Shown here: positions 23,001-38,000 of the stretch, piece by piece
Position numbering within the stretch: position 1 is the first letter of the stretch
Layout of the letters: each line of letters starts with the position of its first letter
Source of the DNA: Eledone cirrhosa
Lineage: Eukaryota
Assembly: GCA_964016885.1 (NCBI GenBank)
Contig: OZ024745.1
Location: forward strand, 10,850,001 to 10,914,000
DNA length: 64,000 nucleotides
Reading direction: 5' to 3'
Translations under genes and position numbers: made by a program
Notes under the pieces: generated by a model
Told to the model about the DNA's origin: nothing
The model's database searches: none
What the model saw: only the letters and a program-made list of their open reading frames with translations

Positions 23001-26000
23001 AAGTAGGTCTATATAACCATCAACTCTGGGACAGGTAGACTATAGAATTAGTGAGAAGTAGGTCTATATAACCATCAACACTGGGACAGGTAGACTATAG
23101 AATTAGAGAGAAATAGGTCTATATAACCATCAACTCTGGGACAGGTAGACTATAGAATTAAAGAGAAGTAGGTCTATATAACCATTAACTCTGGGACAGG
23201 TAGACTATAGAATTAGAGAGAAGTAAGTCTATATAACCATCAATTCGGGGACAGGTAGACTATAGAATTAGAGAGAAGTAGGTCTATATAACCATCAACT
23301 CTGGGACAGGTAGACTTTAGAATTAGAGAGAAGTATGTCTATATAACCATCAACTCTGGGATAGGTAGACTATAGAATTAGAGAGAAGTAGGTCTATATA
23401 ACCATCAACTCTGGGACAGGTAGACTATAGAATTAGAGAGAAGTAAGTCTATATAACCATCAATTCTGGGACAGGTAGACTATAGAATTAGTGAGAAGTA
23501 GGTCTATATAACCATCAACTCTGAGACAGGTAGACTATAGAATTAGAGAGAAGTAGGTCTATATAACCATCAACTCTGGAACAGGTAGACTATAGAATTA
23601 GAGAGAAGTAAGTCTATATAACCATCAACTCTGGGACAGGTAGACTATAGAATTAGAGAGAAGTAAGTCTATATAACCATCAACTCTGGGACAGGTAGAC
23701 CATAGAATTAGAGAGAAGTAGGTCTATATAACCATCAACTCTGGGACAGGTAGACTATAGAATTAAAGAGAAGTAGGTCTATATAACCATCAACTCTGGG
23801 ACAGGTAGACTATAGAATTAGAGAGAAGTAGGTCTATATAACCATCAACTCTGAGACAGGTAGACTATAGAATTAGTGAGAAGTAGCTCTATATAACCAT
23901 CAACTCTGGGACAGGTAGACTATAGAATTAGTGAGAAGTAGGTCTATATAACCATCAACTTTGGGACAGGTAGACTATAGAATTAAAGAGAAGTAGGTCT
24001 ATATAACCATTAACTCTGAGACAGGTAGACTATAGAATTAGAGAGAAGTAGGTCTATATAACCATCAACACTGGGACAGGTAGACTATAGAATTAGAGAG
24101 AAGTAGGTCTATATAACCATCAACTCTGGGACAGGTAGACTATAGAATTAGAGAGAAGTAGGTCTATATAACCATCAACACTGGGACAGGTAGACTATAG
24201 AATTAGTGATAAGTAAGTCTATATAACCATCAACACTGGGACAGGTAGACTATAGAATTAGAGAGAAGTAGTTCTATATAACCATCAACTCTGGGACAGG
24301 TAGACTATAGAATTAGAGAGAAGTAGTTCTATATAACCATCAACACTGGGACAGGTAGACCATAGAATTAGAGAGAAGTAGTTCTATATAACCATCAACT
24401 CTGGGACAGGTAGACTATAGAATTAGAGAGAAGTAGGTCTATATAACCATCAACACTGGGACAGGTAGACCATAGAATTAGAGAGAAGTAAGTCTATATA
24501 ACCATCAACTCTGGGACAGGTAGACTATAGAATTAGAGAAGTAGGTCTATATAACCATCAACTCTGGGACAGGTAGACTATAGAATTAGAGAGAAGTAGG
24601 TCTATATAACCATCAACTCTGGGACAGGTAGACTATAGAATTAGAGAGAAGTAGGTCTATATAACCATCAACTCTGGGACAGGTAGACTATAGAATTAGA
24701 GAGAAGTAGGTCTATATAACCATCAACTCTGGGACAGGTAGACTATAGAATTAGAGAGAAGTAGGTCTATATAACCATCAATTCTGGGACAGGTAGACTA
24801 TAGAATTAGTGAGAAGTAGGTCTATATAACCTTCAACTCTGGGACAGGTAGACTATAGAATTAGAGAGAAGTAGGTCTATATAACCATTAACTCTGGGAC
24901 AGGTAGACTATAGAATTAGAGAGAAGTAGGTCTATATAACCATTAACTCTGGGACAGGTAGACTATAGAATTAGAGAGAAGTAGGTCTATATAACCATTA
25001 ACTCTGGGACAGGTAGACTATATAATTAGTGAGAAGTAGGTCTATATAACCATTAACTCTGGGACAGGTAGACTATAGAATTAGAGAGAAGTAGGTCTAT
25101 ATAACCATCAACTCTGGGACAGGTAGACTATAGAATTAGTGAGAAGTAGGTCTATATAACCATTAACTCTGGGACAGGTAGACTATAGAATTAGAGAGAA
25201 GTAGGTCTATATAACCATCAACACTGGGACAGGTAGACCATAGAATTAGAGAGTAGTAAGTCTATATAACCATCAACTCTGGGACAGGTAGACTATAGAA
25301 TTAAAGAGAAGTAGGTCTATATAACCATCAATTCTGCGACAGGTAGACTATAGAATTAGTGAGAAGTAGGTCTATATAACCATTAACTCTGGGACAGGTA
25401 GACTATAGAATTAGAGAGTAGTAAGTCTATATAACCTTCAACTCCGGGACAGGTAGACTATAGAATTAGAGAGAAGTAAGTCTATATAACCTTCAACTCT
25501 GGGACAGGTAGACTATAGAATTAGTGAGAAGTAGGTCTATATAACCATCAACTCTGGGACAGGTAGACTATAGAATTAGAGAGTAGTAAGTCTATATAAC
25601 CTTCAACTCTGGGACAGGTAGACTATAGAATTAGAGAGAAGTAAGTCTATATAATCATCAACTCTGGGACAGGTAGACTATAGAATTAGAGAGAAGTAGG
25701 TCTATATAACCTTCAACTCTGGGACAGGTAGACTATAGAATTAGTGAGAAATAGGTCTATATAACCATCAACTCTGGGACAGGTAGACTATAGAATTAGA
25801 GAGAAGTAGGTCTATATAACCATCAACACTGGGACAGGTAGACTATAGAATTAGAGAGAAGTAGGTCTATATAACCATTAAATCTGGGACAGGTAGACTA
25901 TAGAATTAGAGAGAAGTAGGTCTATATAACCATCAACACTGGGACAGGTAGACTATAGAATTAGAGAGAAGTAGGTCTCTATAACCATTAAATCTGGGAC

Positions 26001-29000
26001 AGGTAGACTATAGAATTAAAGAGAAGTAGGTCTATATAACCATCAACTCTGGGACAGGTAGACTATAGAATTAGCGAGAAGTAGGTCTATATAACCATCA
26101 ACTCTGGGACAGGTAGACTATAGAATTAGAGAGAAGTAGGTCTATATAACCATCAACACTGGGACAGGTAGACTATAGAATTAGAGAGAAGTAGGTCTAT
26201 ATAACCATCAACTCTGGGACAGGTAGACTATAGAATTAGAGAGAAGTAGGTCTATATAACCATCAACTCTGGGACAGGTAGACTATAGAATTAGAGAGAA
26301 GTATGTCTATATAACCATCAACACTGGGACAGGTAGACTATAGAATTAGAGAGAAGTAAGTCTATATAACCATCAACTCTGGGACAGGTAGACTATAGAA
26401 TTAGAGAGAAGTAGGTCTATATAACCATTAAATCTGGGACAGGTAGACTATAGAATAAGAGAGAAGTAAGTCTATATAACCATCAACTCTGGGACAGGTA
26501 GACTATAGAATTAGAGAGAAGTAGGTCTAGATAACCATCAACTCTGGGACAGGTAGACTATAGAATTAGAGAGAAGTAGGTCTATATAACCATCAACACT
26601 GGGACAGGTTGACTATAGAATTAGAGAGAAGTAGGTCTATATAACCATCAACTCTGGGACAGGTAGACTATAGAATTAGAGAGAAGTAGGTCTATATAAC
26701 CATCAACACTGGGACAGGTAGACTATAGAATTAGTGAGAAGTAAGTCTATATAACCATCAACACTGGGACAGGTAGACTATAGAATTAGAGAGAAGTAGT
26801 TCTATATAACCATCAACTCTGGGACAGGTAGACTATAGAATTAGAGAGAAGTAGTTCTATATAACCATCAACACTGGGACAGGTAGACCATAGAATTAGA
26901 GAGAAGTAGTTCTATATAACCATCAACTCTGGGACAGGTAGACTATAGAATTAGAGAGAAGTAGGTCTATATAACCATCAACACTGGGACAGGTAGACCA
27001 TAGAATTAGAGAGAAGTAAGTCTATATAACCATCAACTCTGGGACAGGTAGACTATAGAATTAGAGAAGTAGGTCTATATAACCATCAACTCTGGGACAG
27101 GTAGACTATAGAATTAGAGAGAAGTAGGTCTATATAACCATCAACTCTGGGACAGGTAGACTATAGAATTAGAGAGAAGTAGGTCTATATAACCATCAAC
27201 TCTGGGACAGGTAGACTATAGAATTAGAGAGAAGTAGGTCTATATAACCATCAACTCTGGGACAGGTAGACTATAGAATTAGAGAGAAGTAGGTCTATAT
27301 AACCATCAATTCTGGGACAGGTAGACTATAGAATTAGTGAGAAGTAGGTCTATATAACCTTCAACTCTGGGACAGGTAGACTATAGAATTAGAGAGAAGT
27401 AGGTCTATATAACCATTAACTCTGGGACAGGTAGACTATAGAATTAGAGAGAAGTAGGTCTATATAACCATTAACTCTGGGACAGGTAGACTATAGAATT
27501 AGAGAGAAGTAGGTCTATATAACCATTAACTCTGGGACAGGTAGACTATATAATTAGTGAGAAGTAGGTCTATATAACCATTAACTCTGGGACAGGTAGA
27601 CTATAGAATTAGAGAGAAGTAGGTCTATATAACCATCAACTCTGGGACAGGTAGACTATAGAATTAGTGAGAAGTAGGTCTATATAACCATTAACTCTGG
27701 GACAGGTAGACTATAGAATTAGAGAGAAGTAGGTCTATATAACCATCAACACTGGGACAGGTAGACCATAGAATTAGAGAGTAGTAAGTCTATATAACCA
27801 TCAACTCTGGGACAGGTAGACTATAGAATTAAAGAGAAGTAGGTCTATATAACCATCAATTCTGCGACAGGTAGACTATAGAATTAGTGAGAAGTAGGTC
27901 TATATAACCATTAACTCTGGGACAGGTAGACTATAGAATTAGAGAGTAGTAAGTCTATATAACCTTCAACTCCGGGACAGGTAGACTATAGAATTAGAGA
28001 GAAGTAAGTCTATATAACCTTCAACTCTGGGACAGGTAGACTATAGAATTAGTGAGAAGTAGGTCTATATAACCATCAATTCTGGGACAGGTAGACTATA
28101 GAATTAGAGAGTAGTAAGTCTATATAACCTTCAACTCTGGGACAGGTAGACTATAGAATTAGAGAGAAGTAAGTCTATATAATCATCAACTCTGGGACAG
28201 GTAGACTATAGAATTAGAGAGAAGTAGGTCTATATAACCTTCAACTCTGGGACAGGTAGACTATAGAATTAGTGAGAAATAGGTCTATATAACCATCAAC
28301 TCTGGGACAGGTAGACTATAGAATTAGAGAGAAGTAGGTCTATATAACCATCAACACTGGGACAGGTAGACTATAGAATTAGAGAGAAGTAGGTCTATAT
28401 AACCATTAAATCTGGGACAGGTAGACTATAGAATTAGAGAGAAGTAGGTCTATATAACCATCAACACTGGGACAGGTAGACTATAGAATTAGAGAGAAGT
28501 AGGTCTCTATAACCATTAAATCTGGGACAGGTAGACTATAGAATTAAAGAGAAGTAGGTCTATATAACCATCAACTCTGGGACAGGTAGACTATAGAATT
28601 AGCGAGAAGTAGGTCTATATAACCATCAACTCTGGGACAGGTAGACTATAGAATTAGAGAGAAGTAGGTCTATATAACCATCAACACTGGGACAGGTAGA
28701 CTATAGAATTAGAGAGAAGTAGGTCTATATAACCATCAACTCTGGGACAGGTAGACTATAGAATTAGAGAGAAGTAGGTCTATATAACCATCAACTCTGG
28801 GACAGGTAGACTATAGAATTAGAGAGAAGTATGTCTATATAACCATCAACACTGGGACAGGTAGACTATAGAATTAGAGAGAAGTAAGTCTATATAACCA
28901 TCAACACTGGGACAGGTAGACTATAGAATTAGAGAGAAGTAGGTCTGTATAACCATTAAATCTGGGACAGGTAGACTATAGAATAAGAGAGAAGTAAGTC

Positions 29001-32000
29001 TATATAACCATCAACTCTGGGACAGGTAGACTATAGAATTAGAGAGAAGTAGGTCTAGATAACCATCAACTCTGGGACAGGTAGACTATAGAATTAGAGA
29101 GAAGTAGGTCTATATAACCATCAACACTGGGACAGGTTGACTATAGAATTAGAGAGAAGTAGGTCTATATAACCATCAACTCTGGGACAGGTAGACTATA
29201 GAATAAGAGAGAAGTAAGTCTATATAACCATCAACTCTGGGACAGGTAGACCATAGAATTAGAGAGAAGTAGGTCTATATAACCATCAACTCTGGGACAG
29301 GTAGACTATAGAATTAGAGAGAAGTAGGTCTATATAACCATCAACTCTGGGACAGTTAGACTATAGAATTAGAGAGAAGTAGGTCTATATAACCATCAAC
29401 TCTGGGACAGGTAGACCATAGAATTAGAGAGAAGTAGGTCTATATAACCATCAACTCTGGGACAGGTAGACTATAGAATTAGAGAGAAGTATGTCTATAT
29501 AACCATCAACTCTGGGACAGGTAGACTATAGAATTAGAGAGAAGTAGGTCTATATAACCATCAACTCTGGGACAGGTAGACTATAGAATTAGAGAGAAGT
29601 AAGTCTATATAACCATCAACTCTGGGACAGGTAGACTATAGAATTAGAGAGAAGTAAGTCTATATAACCATCAACTCTGGGACAGGTAGACTATAGAATT
29701 AGAGAGAAGTAGGTGTAATTAATCATTAACTCTGGGACAGGTAGACTATAGAATTAGAGAGAAGTAAGTCTATATAACCATCAACTCTGGGACAGGTAGA
29801 CTATAGAATTAGAGAGAAGTAGGTCTATATAACCATTAAATCTGGGACAGGTAGACTATAGAATTAGAGAGAAGTAGGTCTATATAACCATCAACACTGG
29901 GACAGGTAGACTATAGAATTAGAGAGAAGTAGGTCTCTATAACCATTAAATCTGGGACAGGTAGACTATAGAATTAAAGAGAAGTAGGTCTATATAACCA
30001 TCAACTCTGGGACAGGTAGACTATAGAATTAGCGAGAAGTAGGTCTATATAACCATCAACTCTGGGACAGGTAGACTATAGAATTAGAGAGAAGTAGGTC
30101 TATATAACCATCAACACTGGGACAGGTAGATTATAGAATTAGAGAGAAGTAGGTCTATATAACCATCAACTCTGGGACAGGTAGACTATAGAATTAGAGA
30201 GAAGTAGGTCTATATAACCATCAACTCTGGGACAGGTAGACTATAGAATTAGAGAGAAGTATGTCTATATAACCATCAACACTGGGACAGGTAGACTATA
30301 GAATTAGAGAGAAGTAAGTCTATATAACCATCAACTCTGGGACAGGTAGACTATAGAATTAGAGAGAAGTAGGTCTATATAACCATCAACTCTGGGACAG
30401 GTAGACTATAGAATTAGAGAGAAGTAGGTCTATATAACCATCAACTCTGGGACAGGTAGACTATAGAATTAGAGAGAAGTAGGTCTATATAACCATCAAC
30501 TCTGGGACAGGTAGACTATAGAATTAGAGAGAAGTAGGTCTATATAACCATCAACTCTGGGACAGGTAGACTATAGAATTAGAGAGAAGTAAGTTTATAT
30601 ATCAATCAACTCTGGGACAGGTAGACTATAGAATTAGAGAGAAGTAAGTTTATATATCAATCAACTCTGGGACAGGTAGACTATAGAATTAGAGAGAAGT
30701 AAGTCTATATAACCATCAACTCTGGGACAGGTAGACTATAGAATTAGAGAGAAGTAAGTCTATATAACCATCAACTCTGGGACAGGTAGACTATAGAATT
30801 AGAGAGAAGTAGGTCTATATAACCATCAACTCTGGGACAGGTAGACTATAGAATTAGAGAGAAGTAAGTCTATATAACCATCAACTCTGGGACAGGTAGA
30901 CTATAGAATTAGAGAGAAGTAGGTCTATATAACCATCAACTCTGGGACAGGTAGACTATAGAATTAGAGAGAAGTAGGTCTATATAACCATCAACTCTGG
31001 GACAGGTAGACTATAGAATTAGAGAGAAGTAGGTCTATATAACCATTAAATCTGGGACAGGTAGACTATAGAATTAGAGAGAAGTAAGTCTATATAACCA
31101 TCAACTCTGGGACAGTTAGACTATAGAATTAGAGAGAAGTAGGTCTATATAACCATCAACTCTGGGACAGGTAGACTATAGAATTAGAGAGAAGTAAGTC
31201 TATATAACCATCAACTCTGGGACAGGTAGACCAGAGAATTAGAGAGAAGTAGGTCTATATAACCATCAACTCTGGGACAGGTAGACTATAGAATTAGAGA
31301 GAAGTAAGTCTATATAACCATCAACTCTGGGACAGGTAGACTATAGAATTAGAGGGAAGTAGGTCTATATAACCATCAACTCTGGGACAGGTAGACTATA
31401 GAATTAGAGAGAAGTAGGTCTATATAACCATCAACTCTGGGACAGGTAGACTATAGAATTAGAGAGAAGTAAGTCTATATAACCATCAACTCTGGGACAG
31501 GTAGACTATAGAATTAGAGAGAAGTAGGTCTATATAACCATCAACTCTGGGACAGGTAGACTATAGAATTAGAGAGAAGTAAGTCTATATAACCATCAAC
31601 TCTGGGACAGGTAGACTATAGAATTAGAGAGAAGTTGGTCTATATAACCATTAAATCTGGCACAAGTAGACTATAGAATTAGAGAGAAGTAGGTCTTTAT
31701 AACCATCAACTCTGGGACAGGTAGACCATGGAATTAGAGAGAAGTAGGTCTATATAACCATCAACTCTGGGACAGGTAGACTATAGAATTAGAGAGAAGT
31801 AAGTCTATATAACCATCAACTCTGGGACAGGTAGACTATAGAATTAGAGAGAAGTAGGTCTATATAACCATCAACTCTGGGACAGGTAGACTATAGAATT
31901 AGAGAGAAGTAGGTCTATATAACCATTAAATCTGGGACAGGTAGACTATAGAATTAGAGAGAAGTAGGTCTATATAACCATCAACTCTGGGACAGGTAGA

Positions 32001-35000
32001 CTATAGAATTAGAGAGAAGTAAGTCTATATAACCATCAACTCTGGGACAGGTAGACTATAGAATTAGAGAGAAGTAAGTCTATATAACCATCAACTCTGG
32101 GACAGGTAGACTATAGAATTAGAAAGAAGTAGGTGTAATTAATCATTAACTCTGGGACAGGTAGACTATAGAATTAGAGAGAAGTAAGTCTAAATAACCA
32201 TCAACTCTGAGACAGGTAGACTATAGAACTAGAGAGAAGTAAGTCTATATAACCATCAACTCTGGGACAGGTAGACTATAGAATGAAAGAGAAGTAGGTC
32301 TATATAACCATCAACTCTGGGACAGGTAGACCATAGAATTAGAGAGAAGTAGGTCTATATAACCATCAACCCTGGGACAGGTAGACTATAGAATTAGAGA
32401 GAAGTAAGTTTATATATCAATCAACTCTGGGACAGGTAGACTATAGAATTAGAGAGAAGTAAGTCTATATAACCATCAACTCTGGGACAGGTAGACTATA
32501 GAATTAGAGAGAAGTAAGTCTATATAACCATCAACTCTGGGACAGGTAGACTATAGAATTAGAGAGAAGTAGGTCTATATAACCATCAACTCTGGGACAG
32601 GTAGACTATAGAATTAGAGAGAAGTAGGTCTATATAACCATCAACTCTGGGACAGGTAGACTATAGAATTAGAGAGAAGTAGGTCTATATAACCATCAAC
32701 TCTGGGACAGGTAGACTATAGAATTAGAGAGAAGTAGGTCTATATAACCATCAACTCTGGGACAGGTAGACTATAGAATTAGAGAGAAGTAGGTCTATAT
32801 AACCATTAAATCTGGGACAGGTAGACTATAGAATTAGAGAGAAGTAAGTCTATATAACCATCAACTCTGGGACAGGTAGACTATAGAATTAGAGAGAAGT
32901 AGGTCTATATAACCATCAACTCTGGGACAGGTAGACTATAGAATTAGAGAGAAGTAAGTCTATATAACCATCAACTCTGGGACAGGTAGACCAGAGAATT
33001 AGAGAGAAGTAGGTCTATATAACCATCAACTCTGGGACAGGTAGACTATAGAATTAGAGAGAAGTAAGTCTATATAACCATCAACTCTGGGACAGGTAGA
33101 CTATAGAATTAGAGGGAAGTAGGTCTATATAACCATCAACTCTGGGACAGGTAGACTATAGAATTAGAGAGAAGTAGGTCTATATAACCATCAACTCTGG
33201 GACAGGTAGACTATAGAATTAGAGAGAAGTAAGTCTATATAACCATCAACTCTGGGACAGGTAGACTATAGAATTAGAGAGAAGTAGGTCTATATAACCA
33301 TCAACTCTGGGACAGGTAGACTATAGAATTAGAGAGAAGTAAGTCTATATAACCATCAACTCTGGGACAGGTACACTATAGGATTAGAGAGAAGTAAGTC
33401 TATATAACCATCAACTCTGGGACAGGTAGACTATAGAATTAGAGAGAAGTAGGTCTATATAACCATTAAATCTGGGACAGGTAGACTATAGAATTAGAGA
33501 GAAGTAAGTCTATATAACCATCAACTCTGGGACAGGTAGACTATAGAATTAGAGAGAAGTAGGTCTATATAACCATCAACTCTGGGACAGGTAGACTATA
33601 GAATTAGAGAGAAGTAGGTCTATATAACCATTAAATCTGGGACAGGTAGACTATAGAATTAGAGAGAAGTATGTCTATATAACCATCAACTCTGGGACAG
33701 GTAGACTATATAATTAGTGAGAAGTAGGTCTATATAACCATCAACTCTGGGACAGGTAGACTATAGAATTAGAGAGAAGTAAGTCTATATAACCATCAAC
33801 TCTGGGACAGGTAGACTATAGAATTAGAGAGAAGTAGGTCTATATAACCATTAACTCTGGGACAGGTAGACTATAGAATTAGAGAGAAGTAGGTCTATAT
33901 AACCATCAACTCTGGGACAGGTAGACTATAGAATTAGAGAGAAGTAGGTCTATATAACCATCAACTCTGGGACAGGTAGACCAGAGAATTAGAGAGAAGT
34001 AAGTCTATATAACCATCAACTCTGGGACAGGTAGACTATAGAATTAGAGAGAAGTAGGTCTATATAACCATTAAATCTGGGACAGGTAGACTATAGAATA
34101 AGAGAGAAGTAAGTCTATATAACCATCAACTCTGGGACAGGTAGACTATAGAATTAGAGAGAAGTAGGTCTAGATAACCATCAACTCTGGGACAGGTAGA
34201 CTATAGAATTAGAGGGAAGTAGGTCTATATAACCATCAACTCTGGGACAGGTAGACTATAGAATTAGAGAGAAGTAGGTCTATATAACCATCAACTCTGG
34301 GACAGGTAGACTATAGAATTAGAGAGAAGTAAGTCTATATAACCATCAACTCTGGGACAGGTAGACTATAGAATTAGAGAGAAGTAGGTCTATATAACCA
34401 TCAACTCTGGGACAGGTAGACTATAGAATTAGAGAGAAGTAAGTCTATATAACCATCAACTCTGGGACAGGTGGACTATAGAATTAGAGAGAAGTTGGTC
34501 TATATAACCATTAAATCTGGCACAAGTAGACTATAGAATTAGAGAGAAGTAGGTCTTTATAACCATCAACTCTGGGACAGGTAGACCATAGAATTAGAGA
34601 GAAGTAGGTCTATATAACCATCAACTCTGGGACAGGTAGACTATAGAATTAGAGAGAAGTAAGTCTATATAACCATCAACTCTGGGACAGGTAGACTATA
34701 GAATTAGAGAGAAGTAGGTCTATATAACCATCAACTCTGGGACAGGTAGACTATAGAATTAGAGAGAAGTAGGTCTATATAACCATTAAATCTGGGACAG
34801 GTAGACTATAGAATTAGAGAGAAGTAGGTCTATATAACCATCAACTCTGGGACAGGTAGACTATAGAATAAGAGAGAAGTAAGTCTATATAACCATCAAC
34901 TCTGGGACAGGTAGACCATAGAATTAGAGAGAAGTAGGTCTATATAACCATCAACTCTGGGACAGGTAGACTATAGAATTAGAGAGAAGTAGGTCTATAT

Positions 35001-38000
35001 AACCATCAACTCTGGGACAGTTAGACTATAGAATTAGAGAGAAGTAGGTCTATATAACCATCAACTCTGGGACAGGTAGACCATATAATTAGAGAGAAGT
35101 AGGTCTATATAACCATCAACTCTGGGACAGGTAGACTATAGAATTAGAGAGAAGTATGTCTATATAACCATCAACTCTGGGACAGGTAGACTATAGAATT
35201 AGAGAGAAGTAGGTCTATATAACCATCAACTCTGGGACAGGTAGACTATAGAATTAGAGAGAAGTAAGTCTATATAACCATCAACTCTGGGATAGGTAGA
35301 CTATAGAATTAGAGAGAAGTAAGTCTATATAACCATCAACTCTGGGACAGGTAGACTATAGAATTAGAGAGAAGTAGGTGTAATTAATCATTAACTCTGG
35401 GACAGGTAGACTATAGAATTAGAGAGAAGTAAGTCTAAATAACCATCAACTCTGAGACAGGTAGACTATAGAATTAGAGAGAAGTAAGTCTATATAACCA
35501 TCAACTCTGGGACAGGTAGACTATAGAATTAGAGAGAAGTTGGTCTATATAACCATTAAATCTGGCACAAGTAGACTATAGAATTAGAGAGAAGTAGGTC
35601 TTTATAACCATCAACTCTGGGACAGGTAGACCATAGAATTAGAGAGAAGTAGGTCTATATAACCATCAACTCTGGGACAGGTAGACTATAGAATTAGAGA
35701 GAAGTAAGTCTATATAACCATCAACTCTGGGACAGGTAGACTATAGAATTAGAGAGAAGTAGGTCTATATAACCATCAACTCTGGGACAGGTAGACTATA
35801 GAATTAGAGAGAAGTAGGTCTATATAACCATTAAATCTGGGACAGGTAGACTATAGAATTAGAGAGAAGTAGGTCTATATAACCATCAACTCTGGGACAG
35901 GTAGACTATAGAATAAGAGAGAAGTAAGTCTATATAACCATCAACTCTGGGACAGGTAGACCATAGAATTAGAGAGAAGTAGGTCTATATAACCATCAAC
36001 TCTGGGACAGGTAGACTATAGAATTAGAGAGAAGTAGGTCTATATAACCATCAAATCTGGGACAGTTAGACTATAGAATTAGAGAGAAGTAGGTCTATAT
36101 AACCATCAACTCTGGGACAGGTAGACCATAGAATTAGAGAGAAGTAGGTCTATATATCCATCAACTCTGGGACAGGTAGACTATAGAATTAGAGAGAAGT
36201 ATGTCTATATAACCATCAACTCTGGGACAGGTAGACTATAGAATTAGAGAGAAGTAGGTCTATATAACCATCAACTCTGGGACAGGTAGACTATAGAATT
36301 AGAGAGAAGTAAGTCTATATAACCATCAACTCTGGGACAGGTAGACTATAGAATTAGAGAGAAGTAAGTCTATATAACCATCAACTCTGGGACAGGTAGA
36401 CTATAGAATTAGAGAGAAGTAGGTGTAATTAATCATTAACTCTAGGACAGGTAGACTATAGAATTAGAGAGAAGTAAGTTTATATATCAATCAACTCTGG
36501 GACAGGTAGACTATAGAATTAGAGAGAATTAAGTCTATATAACCATCAACTCTGGGACAGGTAGACTATAGAATTAGAGAGAAGTAAGTCTATATAACCA
36601 TCAACTCTGGGACAGGTAGACCAGAGTATTAGAGAGAAGTAGGTCTATATAACCATCAACTCTGGGACAGGTAGACTATAGAATTAGAGAGAAGTAAGTC
36701 TATATAACCATCAACTCTGGGACAGGTAGACTATAGAATTAGAGGGAAGTAGGTCTATATAACCATCAACTCTGGGACAGGTAGACTATAGAATTAGAGA
36801 GAAGTAGGTCTATATAAACATCAACTCTGGGACAGGTAGACTATAGAATTAGAGAGAAGTAAGTCTATATAACCATCAACTCTGGGACAGGTAGACTATA
36901 GAATTAGAGAGAAGTAGGTCTATATAACCATCAACTCTGGGACAGGTAGACTATAGAATTAGAGAGAAGTAAGTCTATATAACCATCAACTCTGGGACAG
37001 GTAGACTATAGAATTAGAGGGAAGTAGGTCTATATAACCATCAACCCTGGGACAGGTAGACTATAGAATTAGAGAGAAGTAGGTCTATATAACCATCAAC
37101 TCTGGGACAGGTAGACTATAGAATTAGAGAGAAGTAAGTCTATATAACCATCAACTCTGGGACAGGTAGACTATAGAATTAGAGAGAAGTAGGTCTATAT
37201 AACCATCAACTCTGGGACAGGTAGACTATAGAATTAGAGAGAAGTAAGTCTATATAACCATCAACTCTGGGACAGGTAGACTATAGGATTAGAGAGAAGT
37301 AAGTCTATATAACCATCAACTCTGGGACAGGTAGACTATAGAATTAGAGAGAAGTAGGTCTATATAACCATTAAATCTGGGACAGGTAGACTATAAAATT
37401 AGAGAGAAGTAAGTCTATATAACCATCAACTCTGGGACAGGTAGACTATAGAATTAGAGAGAAGTTGGTCTATATAACCATTAAATCTGGCACAAGTAGA
37501 CTATAGAATTAGAGAGAAGTAGGTCTTTATAACCATCAACTCTGGGACAGGTAGACCATAGAATTAGAGAGAAGTAAGTCTATATAACCATCAACTCTGG
37601 GACAGGTAGACTATAGAATTAGAGAGAAGTAAGTCTATATAACCATCAACTCTGGGACAGGTAGACTATAAAATTAGAGAGAAGTAGGTCTATATAACCA
37701 TCAACTCTGGGACAGGTAGACTATAGAATTAGAGAGAAGTAGGTCTATATAACCATTAAATCTGGGACAGGTAGACTATAGAATTAGAGAGAAGTAGGTC
37801 TATATAACCATCAACTCTGGGACAGATAGACTATAGAATTAAAGAGAAGTAGGTCTATATAACCATCAACACTGGGACACGTAGACTATAGAATTAGAGA
37901 GAAGTAAGTCTAAATAACCATCAACTCTGAGACAGGTAGACTATAGAATTAGAGAGAAGTAAGTCTATATAACCATCAACTCTGGGACAGATAGACTATA

